The notes below the pieces were generated by a model. It had not been told where the DNA came from. It made no database searches and worked only from the letters and a program-made list of their open reading frames with translations. A stretch of 19,190 nt of DNA from Octopus sinensis (taxonomy: Eukaryota), in the NCBI RefSeq assembly GCF_006345805.1, contig NW_021824329.1, forward strand, positions 1-19,190, in the 5' to 3' direction. The position numbers were made by a program, and so were the translations under genes. This document shows positions 8,681 through 17,890 of the stretch, piece after piece (the stretch's first letter is position 1; each line of letters opens with the position of its first letter).

Positions 8681-8875
8681 TTGTATTTCGGGACGGTCAT
8701 TATTTTTTTTCCAAATAAACACACGCACAATATATTTGTTCTTCACTCGTTTGTTATTATTCATATTTCAACTCATGTCCATTGTCCACGAGTGAAGAAC
8801 AAACATAGTGCGTGTGTTTATTGGGCAAAAAAAAAAGAAAAAAAGAAAAAAGAAAATGACCGTCCTGAAATACAA
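8681..8875. mobile_element. Long palindrome / foldback element (arms 70 and 88 bp, loop 37 nt)
   Basis: TTGTATTTCGGGACGGTCATT..AATAAACACACGCAC..TTTGTTCTTCACTCGT (8681-8750) is the reverse complement of 8788-8875; the right arm has an expanded A-run. Confidence 0.8.
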
Positions 8876-8962
8876 GATGTTTCAACACATGATTTCACAT
8901 CAGGTATCTTGCAACACAAATTGATAAACGTAATGAAACATATTAGTTATACTTCTACAATG

Positions 8963-9150
8963 CAATAACCACTCGCCATATCGCGGTTCACCTATCGCAT
9001 CCTCAGTATATCGCGGATTTCTCTGGCTAATATATGTAAATTTATATCGTGGACTCCTCAGTATATCACGGGTTTCTGCGGCCGATAGGTATTTATATAT
9101 TTTTAGATTTCAATTATTTCTGCGATAAAATAAGCATTTTCACGCCTAAA
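8963..9150 (+). mobile_element. Left end of a pogo/Tigger-like DNA transposon remnant
   Basis: CAATAACCACTCGCCATATCGCGGTTCACCTATCGC with repeated subterminal ATATCGCGG-like motifs (8976, 9006, 9045, 9060). Resemblance to Tigger-type ends is recalled; the matching right end was not found. Confidence 0.45.
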
Positions 9151-9159
9151 AATTAATAG

Positions 9160-9667
9160 ACGTAAACTGAAAGAAGCGTGTCGTGTGTATACATATATGT
9201 GTGTGTATGTGTGTATGTGCGTGTATCTGATTGTATCTGTTTACCCCTTCATCACTGCTTGACAACCTATTTCTTTACTACCCACAAGGGGCTAAACACA
9301 GAGAGGACAAACAAGGACAGACAAACGGATTTAGTCCATTATATCGACCCCAGTGCTTAACAGGTACTTATTTAATCGACCCCGAAAGGATGAAAGGCAA
9401 AGTCGACCTCGGCGGAATTTGAACTCAGAACGTAGCGGCAGACGAAATTTCGCCCGGCGTGCTAACGTTTCTGCCAGCTCACTGCTTGACAACCGGTGTT
9501 GGTGTGCTTATGTCCCCATAATCGAGCGGTTTGGCAAAAGAAACCGATAGAATAAGTACTAAGCTTAAAAAATAAGTACTGGGGTCGATTTGTTCGACTA
9601 AAACCCTTTGAGGCAGTGCTCCAGTATGGCCGCAGCCAAATGACTGAAACAAGTAAAAGAATAAAGA
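9160..9667 (+). mobile_element. 5'-truncated composite SINE (B end + hinge + C tail) hosting a SINE A insertion
   Basis: The C-tail motif ACTGCTTGACAACC is duplicated on either side of the inserted element. Confidence 0.85.
9268..9480 (-). mobile_element. SINE family A with 14-bp target-site duplication
   Basis: Reverse complement of the 11910-12138 copy; ACTGCTTGACAACC lies at 9254-9267 and 9481-9494. Confidence 0.92.
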
Positions 9668-9739
9668 ATATATATACATGTGTGTGGTGTGTGTATATGT
9701 ATGTGTGTGTATGTAAGTGTGTGTGTGTGTGTGTGTGCA

Positions 9740-10118
9740 GACACAAGCATGGCTGTTTTTAAGAGATTTGCTTGGCAACCACATCGTTTTGTGTTCAATT
9801 CCCCAGCGTGACATCTTGGGCTAATGTCTTTTACCGATGCCTTCCAAGTGAATTTGGTGGATGGAAACTGCACGGAAGCCTAGCATGTATGCGCGTACAC
9901 TCGTGCATATGTGTGTTTCTATACCCATTGCTTGACTGCCGATGCTGGTTCATATACGCCCCCGTAACCTTAGAGTTCGGCAAACGAAACATGATTAAAT
10001 ACCTGACCTAACAAAGAAAAAAAAAAAGGAAAAAATACTAGAATTGATTTATTCGAGTAAAACCCTTCAAGGCGGTGCTCCAGCACTGCCACAGTTCAAC
10101 GACTTACAGTAGTAAAGG
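9740..10118 (+). mobile_element. Degraded composite SINE (B+C)
   Basis: Alignable by eye to 16676-17040. Confidence 0.75.
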
Positions 10119-10433
10119 AAATATGAGCAATAATTCATACATTTTTCAAATTCCATGGGGCACATAGATGAAAAATTAATTAAGCGAAAATAATTTTCAA
10201 AACAAGAGTATTAAAATATAATTAAGACAACGTTCTTATTTGTATGTTTGCAATAAATAGGTTATAAATAACAATAATGTTGTTTAACTATCAATTAATT
10301 TCAGAAGTAACATTAATTAATTGTATACAATGGCAGCGTGACATTTTTAGCGCGGCCAAGTTTATCTTCGCGCACACATTATACCAAAGTGTCAATGTCC
10401 CTACTGTATTAGCTCTTTCCCCCCTTTCTTACT

Positions 10434-10476
<43 letters not shown>

Positions 10477-10515
10477 CAAATATTTTATATTTATACATAC
10501 ACATATACAAACATT

Positions 10516-10546
<31 letters not shown>

Positions 10547-10774
10547 GGCGAGCTGGTAGAAACGCTAGCACGCCGGGCGAAATTCGTAGCCGTATTTCGT
10601 CTGTCGTTACGTTCCGAGTTCAAATTCCGCCGAGGTCGACTTTGCCTTTCATCCTTTAGGGGTCGATAAATTTAAGTACCAGTTACGCACTGGGTCGATG
10701 TAGCCGACTTAATCCCTTTGTCTGTCTTGTTTGTCCCCTCTGTGTTTATCCCCCTTGTGGGTAGTAAAGAAATA
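10547..10774 (+). mobile_element. SINE family A
   Basis: GGCGAGCTGGTAGAAACGCTAGCA...GAGTTCAAATTCCGCCGAGGTCGACTTTGCCTTTCATCC...GTAGTAAAGAAATA; flanked by (CA/TA)n. Confidence 0.92.
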
Positions 10775-10944
10775 TATATATACACACACACACACATATA
10801 CAAACACATTTATATATATACATATACACACGTATATGTATATATATACGCATATAGTATACGCACACACGTATGTATATATATACACGTATATAGTATA
10901 CGCACACACACACACACATATATATATATACATATATACATAGT

Positions 10945-11052
10945 GAGAATTTACAAAAGTAACAAAAGACGAAGACGGGTGTGTAAACAACAAACAGATG
11001 TATTAGTTTAATGCTCGGGAAGTGAGAAAGTCATACGTTTCGTGCCTACGCT
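10945..11052 (-). repeat. Truncated hammerhead-bearing repeat (3' half of motif only)
   Basis: Minus strand 11052-11034 reads AGC GTAG GCAC GAAACGTA. The adjacent plus-strand GTATTAG...GCTCGGGAAGTGAGAAAG resembles the flanks of the motifs at 8284 and 17574. Confidence 0.45.
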
Positions 11053-11236
11053 GTATATTATATACACAAATACACACACGTATATTTATATATACACTTG
11101 CGTATATGCATATATATACACACATGCAAATGCATACATACATAGACATATGCATACATATACGCATATATATACATATACATGCATATATTTGCATACA
11201 TATACATACATACATACATTTTACATACACATATCG

Positions 11237-11589
11237 TGGCACTCCGTCGACAAGGGTTCCAGTTGACCCGATCAACGGAACAGCCTGGCGTGAAATTAAT
11301 ATGCAAATGGCTGAGCACTCCACAGACACGTGTACCCTTAACCTAGCTCTCAGGGAGATTCAGTGTGATACAGAGTGTGACAAGGCTGGCCCTTTGAAAT
11401 GAAGGTACAACAGAAACAGGAAGAAAGAGCGTGAGATAGTTTTGGTGAAAGAGTACAGCAGGGTTCGCCACCATGCTCTGCCGGAGCCGCGTGGAACTTT
11501 AGGTATTTTCGCTTAATAAACACTCACAACAAAACCGCGATCCTACGACCGCGAGTCCGCCGCCATAACCACTGGGCCATCACGCCTCC
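11237..11589 (-). mobile_element. tRNA-derived SINE sharing its 3' part with family E but with a different head and middle
   Basis: The head GGAGGCGTGATGGCCCAGTGGTTATGGCGGCGGACTC carries an A-box; 11237-11410 aligns to 5113-5282. Confidence 0.85.
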
Positions 11590-11685
11590 ACCATACACAT
11601 ACATAACACACACATTTACACATGCATCCATACAGACACACATATACATATGCACACATATGGGTACCCACACATGTACACATGC

Positions 11686-11720
<35 letters not shown>

Positions 11721-11744
11721 AACACTTATACAGAATCTTATGAT

Positions 11745-11855
11745 CAATTTTTGGTCATCGGACTGCGGCCTTGCTGGGGCAATTCGACACCAGTACTTAT
11801 TTCTTTTGAAAGCTTGGCACTTATTCTACTGGTCTCTTTGCCGAATCGCTACGTA
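11745..11855 (-). mobile_element. SINE C tail fragment
   Basis: GACTGCGGCCTTGCTGGGGC...TCTCTTTGCCGAA is the reverse complement of the C tail. Confidence 0.7.
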
Positions 11856-11909
11856 TAGCATGAACAGAAATCTGTAGACCACGCCACTGTGTGGTATTCA
11901 TACTCCAAA

Positions 11910-12138
11910 GGCGGCGAGCTGGCAGAAACGTTAGCAAGCCGGGCGAAATGCGTAACCGTATTTCGTCTGCCGTTACGTTCTGAGTTCAAATTCCGCCGAG
12001 GTCGACTTTGCCTCATCCTTTCGGGGTCGATAAATTAAGTACCAGTTACGCACTGGGGTCGATGTAATCGACTTAATCCGTTTGTCTGTCCTTATTTTTC
12101 CTCTCTGTGTTTAGCCCCTTGTGGGTAGTAAAGAAATA
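11910..12138 (+). mobile_element. Full-length SINE family A with 16-bp TSD (1 mismatch)
   Basis: GGTATTCATACTCCAA (11893-11908) vs GGTATTCCTACTCCAA (12139-12154); tRNA-like head with B-box-like GAGTTCAAATTCC. Confidence 0.93.
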
Positions 12139-12172
12139 GGTATTCCTACTCCAACTTTCTACGAAGGATAGT

Positions 12173-12174
<2 letters not shown>

Positions 12175-12230
<56 letters not shown>
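12175..12230. repeat. (GA)n microsatellite
   Basis: About 28 perfect units. Confidence 0.98.
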
Positions 12231-12233
<3 letters not shown>

Positions 12234-12324
12234 TTCCATATAGGGTAGCTTCTAATGTTTAGCTCCCAGCAATGAGTATTGTTAGTATATAAAGTGTCCA
12301 GATCTTGAAAATAGTCGATAGGGG

Positions 12325-12970
12325 GAGCTGTGTGGTGAAGAAGCTCGCTCCCCACCCACGTGGTTCAGTCTCGTTGCGTGGCACCGTTGATAAGTGTCTT
12401 CTAAGCCAACCAATGTCTGGCAAGTGAATTTAATGGATAGAAGCTATGGGCAAGTCCCAGCACAAGCGTAACTGTATGGTAAGAAGTTTCCTTCTCTACA
12501 TGGTTCTAGGTTCAGTCCCACTGTGTGGCACCTTGGGAAAGTGTCTTCTACTGTAACTTCGGGCTGACCAAAGCCTTGTGTGTGGTTTTGGTGGACGGCA
12601 ACTGAAAGAAGCCCGTCAGAACAGTTTGTATGTGTGTGTGGGTCTCCCACCACCGCTTGACAACCTGGGTTGTGTTTATATCCCCGTAACATAGCCGTTC
12701 GGCAAAAGAGACTGATAGAATATGTACCAAGCTTTTAAAAAAATAAGTACTGTGGTCGATTAAAATTCTTCAAGGCAGTGCCCCAACATGGCTGCAGTCT
12801 AATAATGTGTGTATTTGTCTCCCACTACTGCCTGGCAACAGTAAACTAGCGGTTCGGCAAAAGAAACCGATAAGTACCAAGCTTAAAAATAAATACTAGA
12901 TCGATCTGGTGGACGAAACCCTTCTAAGCAATACCCCAGTATGGCTGCAGTCCAGTGAACGGAACAAGAT
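12325..12970 (+). mobile_element. Cluster of SINE pieces: degraded B head, composite B+C, extra C tail
   Basis: B head about 12325-12440, B+C about 12455-12805, C about 12805-12970. Confidence 0.8.
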
Positions 12971-13399
12971 GAGATATTTGTGGTTATCCTGGATTATATA
13001 TTACATTAGCCAAGTTATTCGATGAGGATTATAGGTTTTTTTTTTAAAGACCAAGCAACGGCCATGTCTATGTTTAATAACTATGAAGTATTTATGTCAT
13101 TGTAGAGTTATGTCTGTGAATCATTATGCAGTCTCTTGGTAGAATCGATTTTATCGAGTTCTTTCGTTTGGAACATTGCAAATGTATTTTATTCATCGAT
13201 GTATTGTTATGTTGAGCTGATAATGTTGATGGGCGGAGGTGAGCTTTTGCTAGTTTGTATCTAGATGTGTTAGTTTGATACGCGGAATGCGCGGATGTAT
13301 CGATTATTTATGAGGTGAATGGGGTTTCAGTTATGATGCTATGGCGTCTCCTCTGGTGTTATCTGTATTTGTTACGAACCAGGATATGTTGTGTGCATC

Positions 13400-13950
13400 G
13401 AAAGTTTCCTTAAGGATGGTGTCAATCATGTACTTGCTCTTTTTAAACAGTGTATCTCGGAATACATACTCCAATGTGACCTGTTTATTGAAAATTTCCT
13501 TAAGGACAGTGTTTATTTACTTTTTTTGTATGCATCTTATATCTAGAAATACACTCTCCAACGTGTCTTATGACATCATACAAACGACATATTTTCAGCT
13601 GGTCAAGCGACTGTGTAGAGGTTCCTAAACTGGTTCACAATTGGCAGACGCACACTTAATGAAAACTGACGGGGTAGCCAATCAAATCTGCTGCAGTAAA
13701 TTCAGCTTTGGTCGTGTATTTAAAACAATATAAAGTGTTATAATATGTAACAAGTAGGACGGTGGTTGTTTATTCCGAGAACAGTTTTGACCCAGTAGAC
13801 ATATGGTCAAAGGTATTCCAGCCGTGATCATCCCATCTTTGCCTATGTAAGAGTACATCGCACAAAATGCCCTTACCTTTAAGTCGAATGTGATTTGATT
13901 ACTGTTTTTAGCAAATCGAGAGACCGCATAAAGCCACCTTCCTAGCGCTC
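13400..13950 (+). repeat. Two family D copies; the first has an internal ~90-bp tandem duplication
   Basis: GAAAGTTTCCTTAAGGA (13400) and GAAAATTTCCTTAAGGA (13490); family D motifs at 13590-13625 and 13770-13950. Confidence 0.55.
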
Positions 13951-14059
13951 TTCCCCACTCACCATCACAGACCACTTCCTGCAGCAAATTCAGAACAACT
14001 GTATTCCAGAATTTTTTAAAGTTTTTTTTTTTTTTTTTTTTACACCTAACACCTTTTTG

Positions 14060-14152
14060 GCCACCCCATTATCACCCCGATTTTCTTCAATGCCCCTCTG
14101 TATCTTTCCACCGCCCCTAAGGGAGCAGTATTGCTCACTTTCGGAATCACTG
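14060..14152 (+). mobile_element. Isolated right end of a hAT-Charlie-like element
   Basis: CCACCGCCCCTAAGGGAGCAGTATTGCTCACTTTCGGAATCACTG; its reverse complement starts CAGTGATTCCGAAAGT, a Charlie-type TIR (recalled). The partner TIR was not found. Confidence 0.45.
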
Positions 14153-14631
14153 GCATACAGGCTTCCTCGTTGGCTCATAAACGAGGAAGATGAAACAGCG
14201 CCAGCACTTCAGCTCCTGGCTTAAGTTATTTCAGTTCTCGCTACTAATGTCAATAGGAAGGTACGAAGATTGTTAATGAATTGTTTTAATTTTATACAAA
14301 GCTGAGCTGAGTGAAACGATACGTTGTGACGTTCAATAACTTCCCTGTAGTCTTGTGTGAGTAAAATTAAAATGAAATTGACAGAGAAACTAAAATTGAG
14401 TCGACTTCCTCCAGCCGGATAATGACGTCATACTCTGTATAGACGGTTCGTGTTATGAGCGATGCAATCATTACAAAATTTACCACTTAACGCGTGAATA
14501 AAGACGTCTGTTACGTAAAAAGAAATCAGCTTCGCTGTAAAGAACTTTTAAAGCAGCAAAATAGCATAAAAAGGGAGATAATTGCGAAATGAACATTTTG
14601 TGAATCGCAATTTTGATTTTTATAAATAATC

Positions 14632-14797
14632 CATGCACAAGCATGGCTGTGTGGTTAAGAAATTCAAATTGCAACCACGGGGTTTAGGTTTCAATCCCAC
14701 TGCGTGGCAGTTTCGGCAATTCTCTTCTAATATAAGCTCAGAACGACCAAAGCCCTGTAAGTGAATTTGGTAGACGGAAACTGAGAAAAGACAGTCA

Positions 14798-14842
<45 letters not shown>

Positions 14843-15260
14843 CTATACATACACACAATTAGGCACATATGGTGTGTGTTTATACACACGCACACACACG
14901 TGAGATATTTTGTCTCGCTTGTTTCAGTCACTGGACTATGGCCATGGTGGGGCACTACTTTGAAGGATTTTAATCGTGCAAATTCAATTCAGAACTAATT
15001 TTTTAAAGTATGGTACTTATTCTATCGGACTTTTAAAACGCACTGCTACGTTACGGGAACGTACTCAAACCATCATCGGTCGTCAAGTGGAGTAGGGACA
15101 AAAAAAACACCGTTACCACCGTTTGCGTCTTCCAAATTCACTCACAAAATTTTGACTGTCCTGGAGCTAGAGTAGATGTTATCATCCCAAGGTGCCGCGC
15201 TGTGAGACTGAAACTGAAATCACATGGATACCAAGCGAGCTTTTTAAATTCACAGTCAAA
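14632..15260. mobile_element. SINE pieces: B head (+, 14632-14800), C tail (-, 14918-15100), B head (-, 15115-15260)
   Basis: Alignable by eye to the B and C consensus. Confidence 0.75.
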
Positions 15261-16040
15261 ATGAAAAGCATTCGATTCCTGCTCCATAAATTTGCTGTCT
15301 TTCCAACCTCACTTTATACAGAAAATACTGATTAAATAGTTCGAATTCAGAGAGATCTGGGGAAAAAAAAATCAAAACCAATTGTAAGCTAAAAGTGTTT
15401 CAAACTAAAGAATCATACGCCAGCGATAAAATAAAGTCTGACAGCATGAACGAGTGCAAGAACAAATAAATATCGGAATTAAATAAACAAAAAAGATATA
15501 GAATAAACTATTCTGGTATTTTGTACAATTACAAGAATATCGAAAGTAAACTTTACTGCATTAACAAAACAGAACACCCACATTGCTCCTTGGCAAAAAA
15601 CACTTAACGACTAACGTCTGAAGTTGGTTATTTACATATTTATTTTAAGATTAACTTGAGAGAAAATTGGAACATCTAAATAAATAGTAATCGGTAAATG
15701 AATAATTCTTAGGCTTAAATAACCTTTATCGCAGCAATTGGCTGTTGCTTAACACTGTCTAACAAGAGATCAATCGTGTGAAAGACGTCTACAAAATGGC
15801 TGCGGTTTTATCGATAAAACCGCAGCCATATTTGTTATTATTGAGTAGAAAGTATGTGCGTGAGAGAGGGAGTGTGTATGTGTGTGTTTGCTGTGTTATA
15901 CGTAGAATTTTCTTGTATGTTCTTCAACCGACAGAATTGTCTAGGGCAGAAGACGACTACGTTTTAAGTTGTTCTGTACCGAACACCTTCACAGGAATCT
16001 ACAACATTTGGAAATGGTTTACTTGTCTTTGACAGTTCAT

Positions 16041-16580
16041 TTAAAAGGTTATTACTAAAAGGAGACTGTAATATACTGAGTAAACAACCAATAGCAGATG
16101 AATATTTCCTCGCCATAACTCAACGCTGGAGTTGTTTCTTATTCGACTCTGTACAACCGGAAGTGACTTGGGTTGAGATGGGTCATTCACGTAAAATACT
16201 TCGCTCTGCATAGAATAACGACTATTTAGTGCAGTATGCGTGAAATTATCTTTGAATATCAATTTTCGACGAACTTCATTTCTAGAATTTTTCGTTAGTT
16301 TCCTCCATAGACACATCTTTCTGGGACAGACATTGTCACAGAATTTCACAATACATTGGAACCAAAGTCTGTTGCTATCACGTAGTCGGAAAACTTCAAA
16401 GAAAGGGCTTTTGATAGTTCCGTAGTTTGAGATAAATCCGATGTTCGATGGGAATACAACTCCATCACCGCAACCGTTATGCAAGAATTGGTAAAAACTG
16501 TTCCGGCTGTAAACCCAACAGTTTTCGGCTACAAAGTTGGTGCCATCAATATTGTTCAGTATTTGTCCTCTCAGTTGAAC
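16041..16580 (-). CDS. Terminal coding exon of a ZP-domain protein (molluscan vitelline-envelope VERL/VEZP-like ZP-C, basic cluster, C-terminal hydrophobic tail)
   Basis: A pyrimidine-rich acceptor TTTTTGTTTGTATTTGGTATTCAG precedes GTT at 16580 (phase 0), followed by 179 codons and a stop. The peptide contains NCW..FLHNGCGDGVVFP..GF..KSPFFEVF..FQCIVKFCDNVCP..C, a ZP-C cysteine pattern, then RRK, SMQSEVFYV and IHLLLVVYSVYYSLLLVITF*. Confidence 0.85.
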   Translation of the reverse strand, partial: VQLRGQILNNIDGTNFVAENCWVYSRNSFYQFLHNGCGDGVVFPSNIGFISNYGTIKSPFFEVFRLRDSNRLWFQCIVKFCDNVCPRKMCLWRKLTKNSRNEVRRKLIFKDNFTHTALNSRYSMQSEVFYVNDPSQPKSLPVVQSRIRNNSSVELWRGNIHLLLVVYSVYYSLLLVITF

Positions 16581-16675
16581 CTGAATACCAAATACAAACA
16601 AAAATTTCAAATTACTTACTAGCCACTGTAGTGTCTGAATTAACCCTCAACTTTATTATGAAATATATCCATAAA

Positions 16676-17040
16676 GGCGCAGGCGTGGCTGTGTGGTAAG
16701 AAGTTTCCTTCCCGGTCACATGGTTCCGGAATGAGTCCCACTGCGTGGCGCCTTCGGCAAGTGTCTACTATAGCCTCGGGCCGACCAAAGCCTTGTGAGT
16801 GGATTTGGTAGACGGAAACTGAAAGAAGCCCGTCATATACATATGTGTGTGTGTGTTTGTCCACCCACCATCGCTTGACAACCGATGTTGGTGTATTTAT
16901 GTCCCCGTAACATAGCGGTTCGGCAAAACAAACCGATAGAATAAGTACTAGGCTTACAAAGAATATATTATAGTGTCGATTTGTTCGACCAAAGGCAGTG
17001 CTCCAGCATGGCCTTAGTCAACTGACTGAAACAAACAAAA
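16676..17040 (+). mobile_element. Best-preserved composite SINE (B head, (TA)(TG) hinge, C tail)
   Basis: tRNA-like head, CORE-like CCTTCGGCAAGTGTC, hinge at about 16835-16858, tail ending ACTGAAACAAACAAAA. Confidence 0.9.
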
Positions 17041-17046
17041 AATATA

Positions 17047-17212
17047 GGCGCAGGCGTGGCTGTGTGATAAGAAGCTTGCTTCCCGACCACATGGTTCCGG
17101 ATTCAGTCCTACTGCGTGACACCTGGATTAGTGCCTTCTGCTGCAACCCCAGGTCTACCAAAACTAAGAATGAATTTGGTAAACGGAAACCGAAAGAATC
17201 CTGTCGTGTGTA
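17047..17212 (+). mobile_element. SINE B head
   Basis: GGCGCAGGCGTGGCTGTGTGATAAGAAGCTTGCTTCCC... Confidence 0.88.
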
Positions 17213-17261
17213 TATAAGAAAAGGAAATGACAAAGTAGACGATTATTTTATGAAATCCATT

Positions 17262-17326
17262 GGCTTACTGCTGTTTCTGCAATAAGATGCAGTGCCCGAG
17301 TAACACCTTATAGCTTCATCAGAAAC
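17262..17326 (-). ncRNA. Type I hammerhead ribozyme motif with intact catalytic core
   Basis: The minus strand reads GTTT CTGATGA A GCTATAAGG-18nt-TCTTATTGC A GAAAC AGCA GTA|AGCC. Stem II has 8 of 9 pairs, stem III is AC/GU with a tetraloop, the triplet is GUA and stem I is weak. Confidence 0.6.
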
Positions 17327-17441
17327 TGCAATATGAAATGCAGCTGTAAGTTCATAAGATAACTGTTTACTCTGTCATCTCATTTTCTTATTACCGATTC
17401 GTTCTGAACCCTACACCAAATTATTATCACAATGTCTAAGC

Positions 17442-17477
<36 letters not shown>

Positions 17478-17573
17478 TAAATCTCACCACAAAAAAAAAC
17501 AAAGAACAAACAAAAATAAAAACAGCGCGAGGACGTGGTAAAGTATTAGCAGACACTCAAGGAAGGAAAGAAA

Positions 17574-17615
17574 GGTAGTTTTTCGTTTCAAGCAAAGCTC
17601 TTCTTCTGAAACAGG
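17574..17615 (-). ncRNA. Decayed minimal hammerhead motif inside a ~180-bp repeat (about 17480-17660)
   Basis: The minus strand reads CCTGTTT CAGAAGA A GAGC TTT GCTT GAAAC GA AAAACTACC, with core substitutions at U4 and U16.1. Confidence 0.5.
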
Positions 17616-17699
17616 AGACAGGAAATTCCAAGAGAAAAGGAAGACGGAGGAAAAAAATCGCCAACGATTCACATGTGGTTACATTTTGAAATGACCAGT

Positions 17700-17890
17700 T
17701 TGTCTCCCACTCTATCGCTTGACCACCTGTGTTGGTGCTATGTCCTCGTAACTTAGCGGTTCGGCAAAGAAACCGATAGAATAAGTACCAGGCTTCAAAA
17801 ATAAATACTGGTGTCGTTTCGTTCGGCAAAAATTTTTCAAGGTGGTATCCCAGCATGGCCACAGTCTATTGACTGAAACAAGAATAAAAA
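17700..17890 (+). mobile_element. SINE C tail half
   Basis: TTTGTCTCCCAC...GCTTGACCACC...CCCAGCATGGCCACAG...GACTGAAACAAG. Confidence 0.88.

Noticed and set aside
13010-13400. Coding-like minus-strand stretch (…QYIDE…, faintly like an RT YxDD motif)
   Set aside because: Multiple stops in all frames and no second motif in register; it may be a very old retroelement but cannot be supported without tBLASTx.
14162-14189. Perfect 10-bp hairpin CTTCCTCGTT-8nt-AACGAGGAAG followed by GAAAC
   Set aside because: No hammerhead 5' core and no U-tract; one 10-bp stem in 19 kb is not compelling alone.
14422-14431. Palindromic CRE site ATGACGTCAT
   Set aside because: A single short motif has an appreciable chance of occurring in 19 kb, and no linked TSS evidence was seen.
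15639-15644. AATAAA on the minus strand about 400 nt downstream of the ZP stop codon
   Set aside because: It is a plausible poly(A) signal, but such hexamers are common in this AT-rich sequence; 3'-end reads are needed.
15778-16032. 84-aa plus-strand ORF next to the ZP exon, and plus-strand ORFs 16240..16425 and 16448..16699
   Set aside because: They are antisense to the ZP exon or its 3' UTR and have no recognisable motifs.
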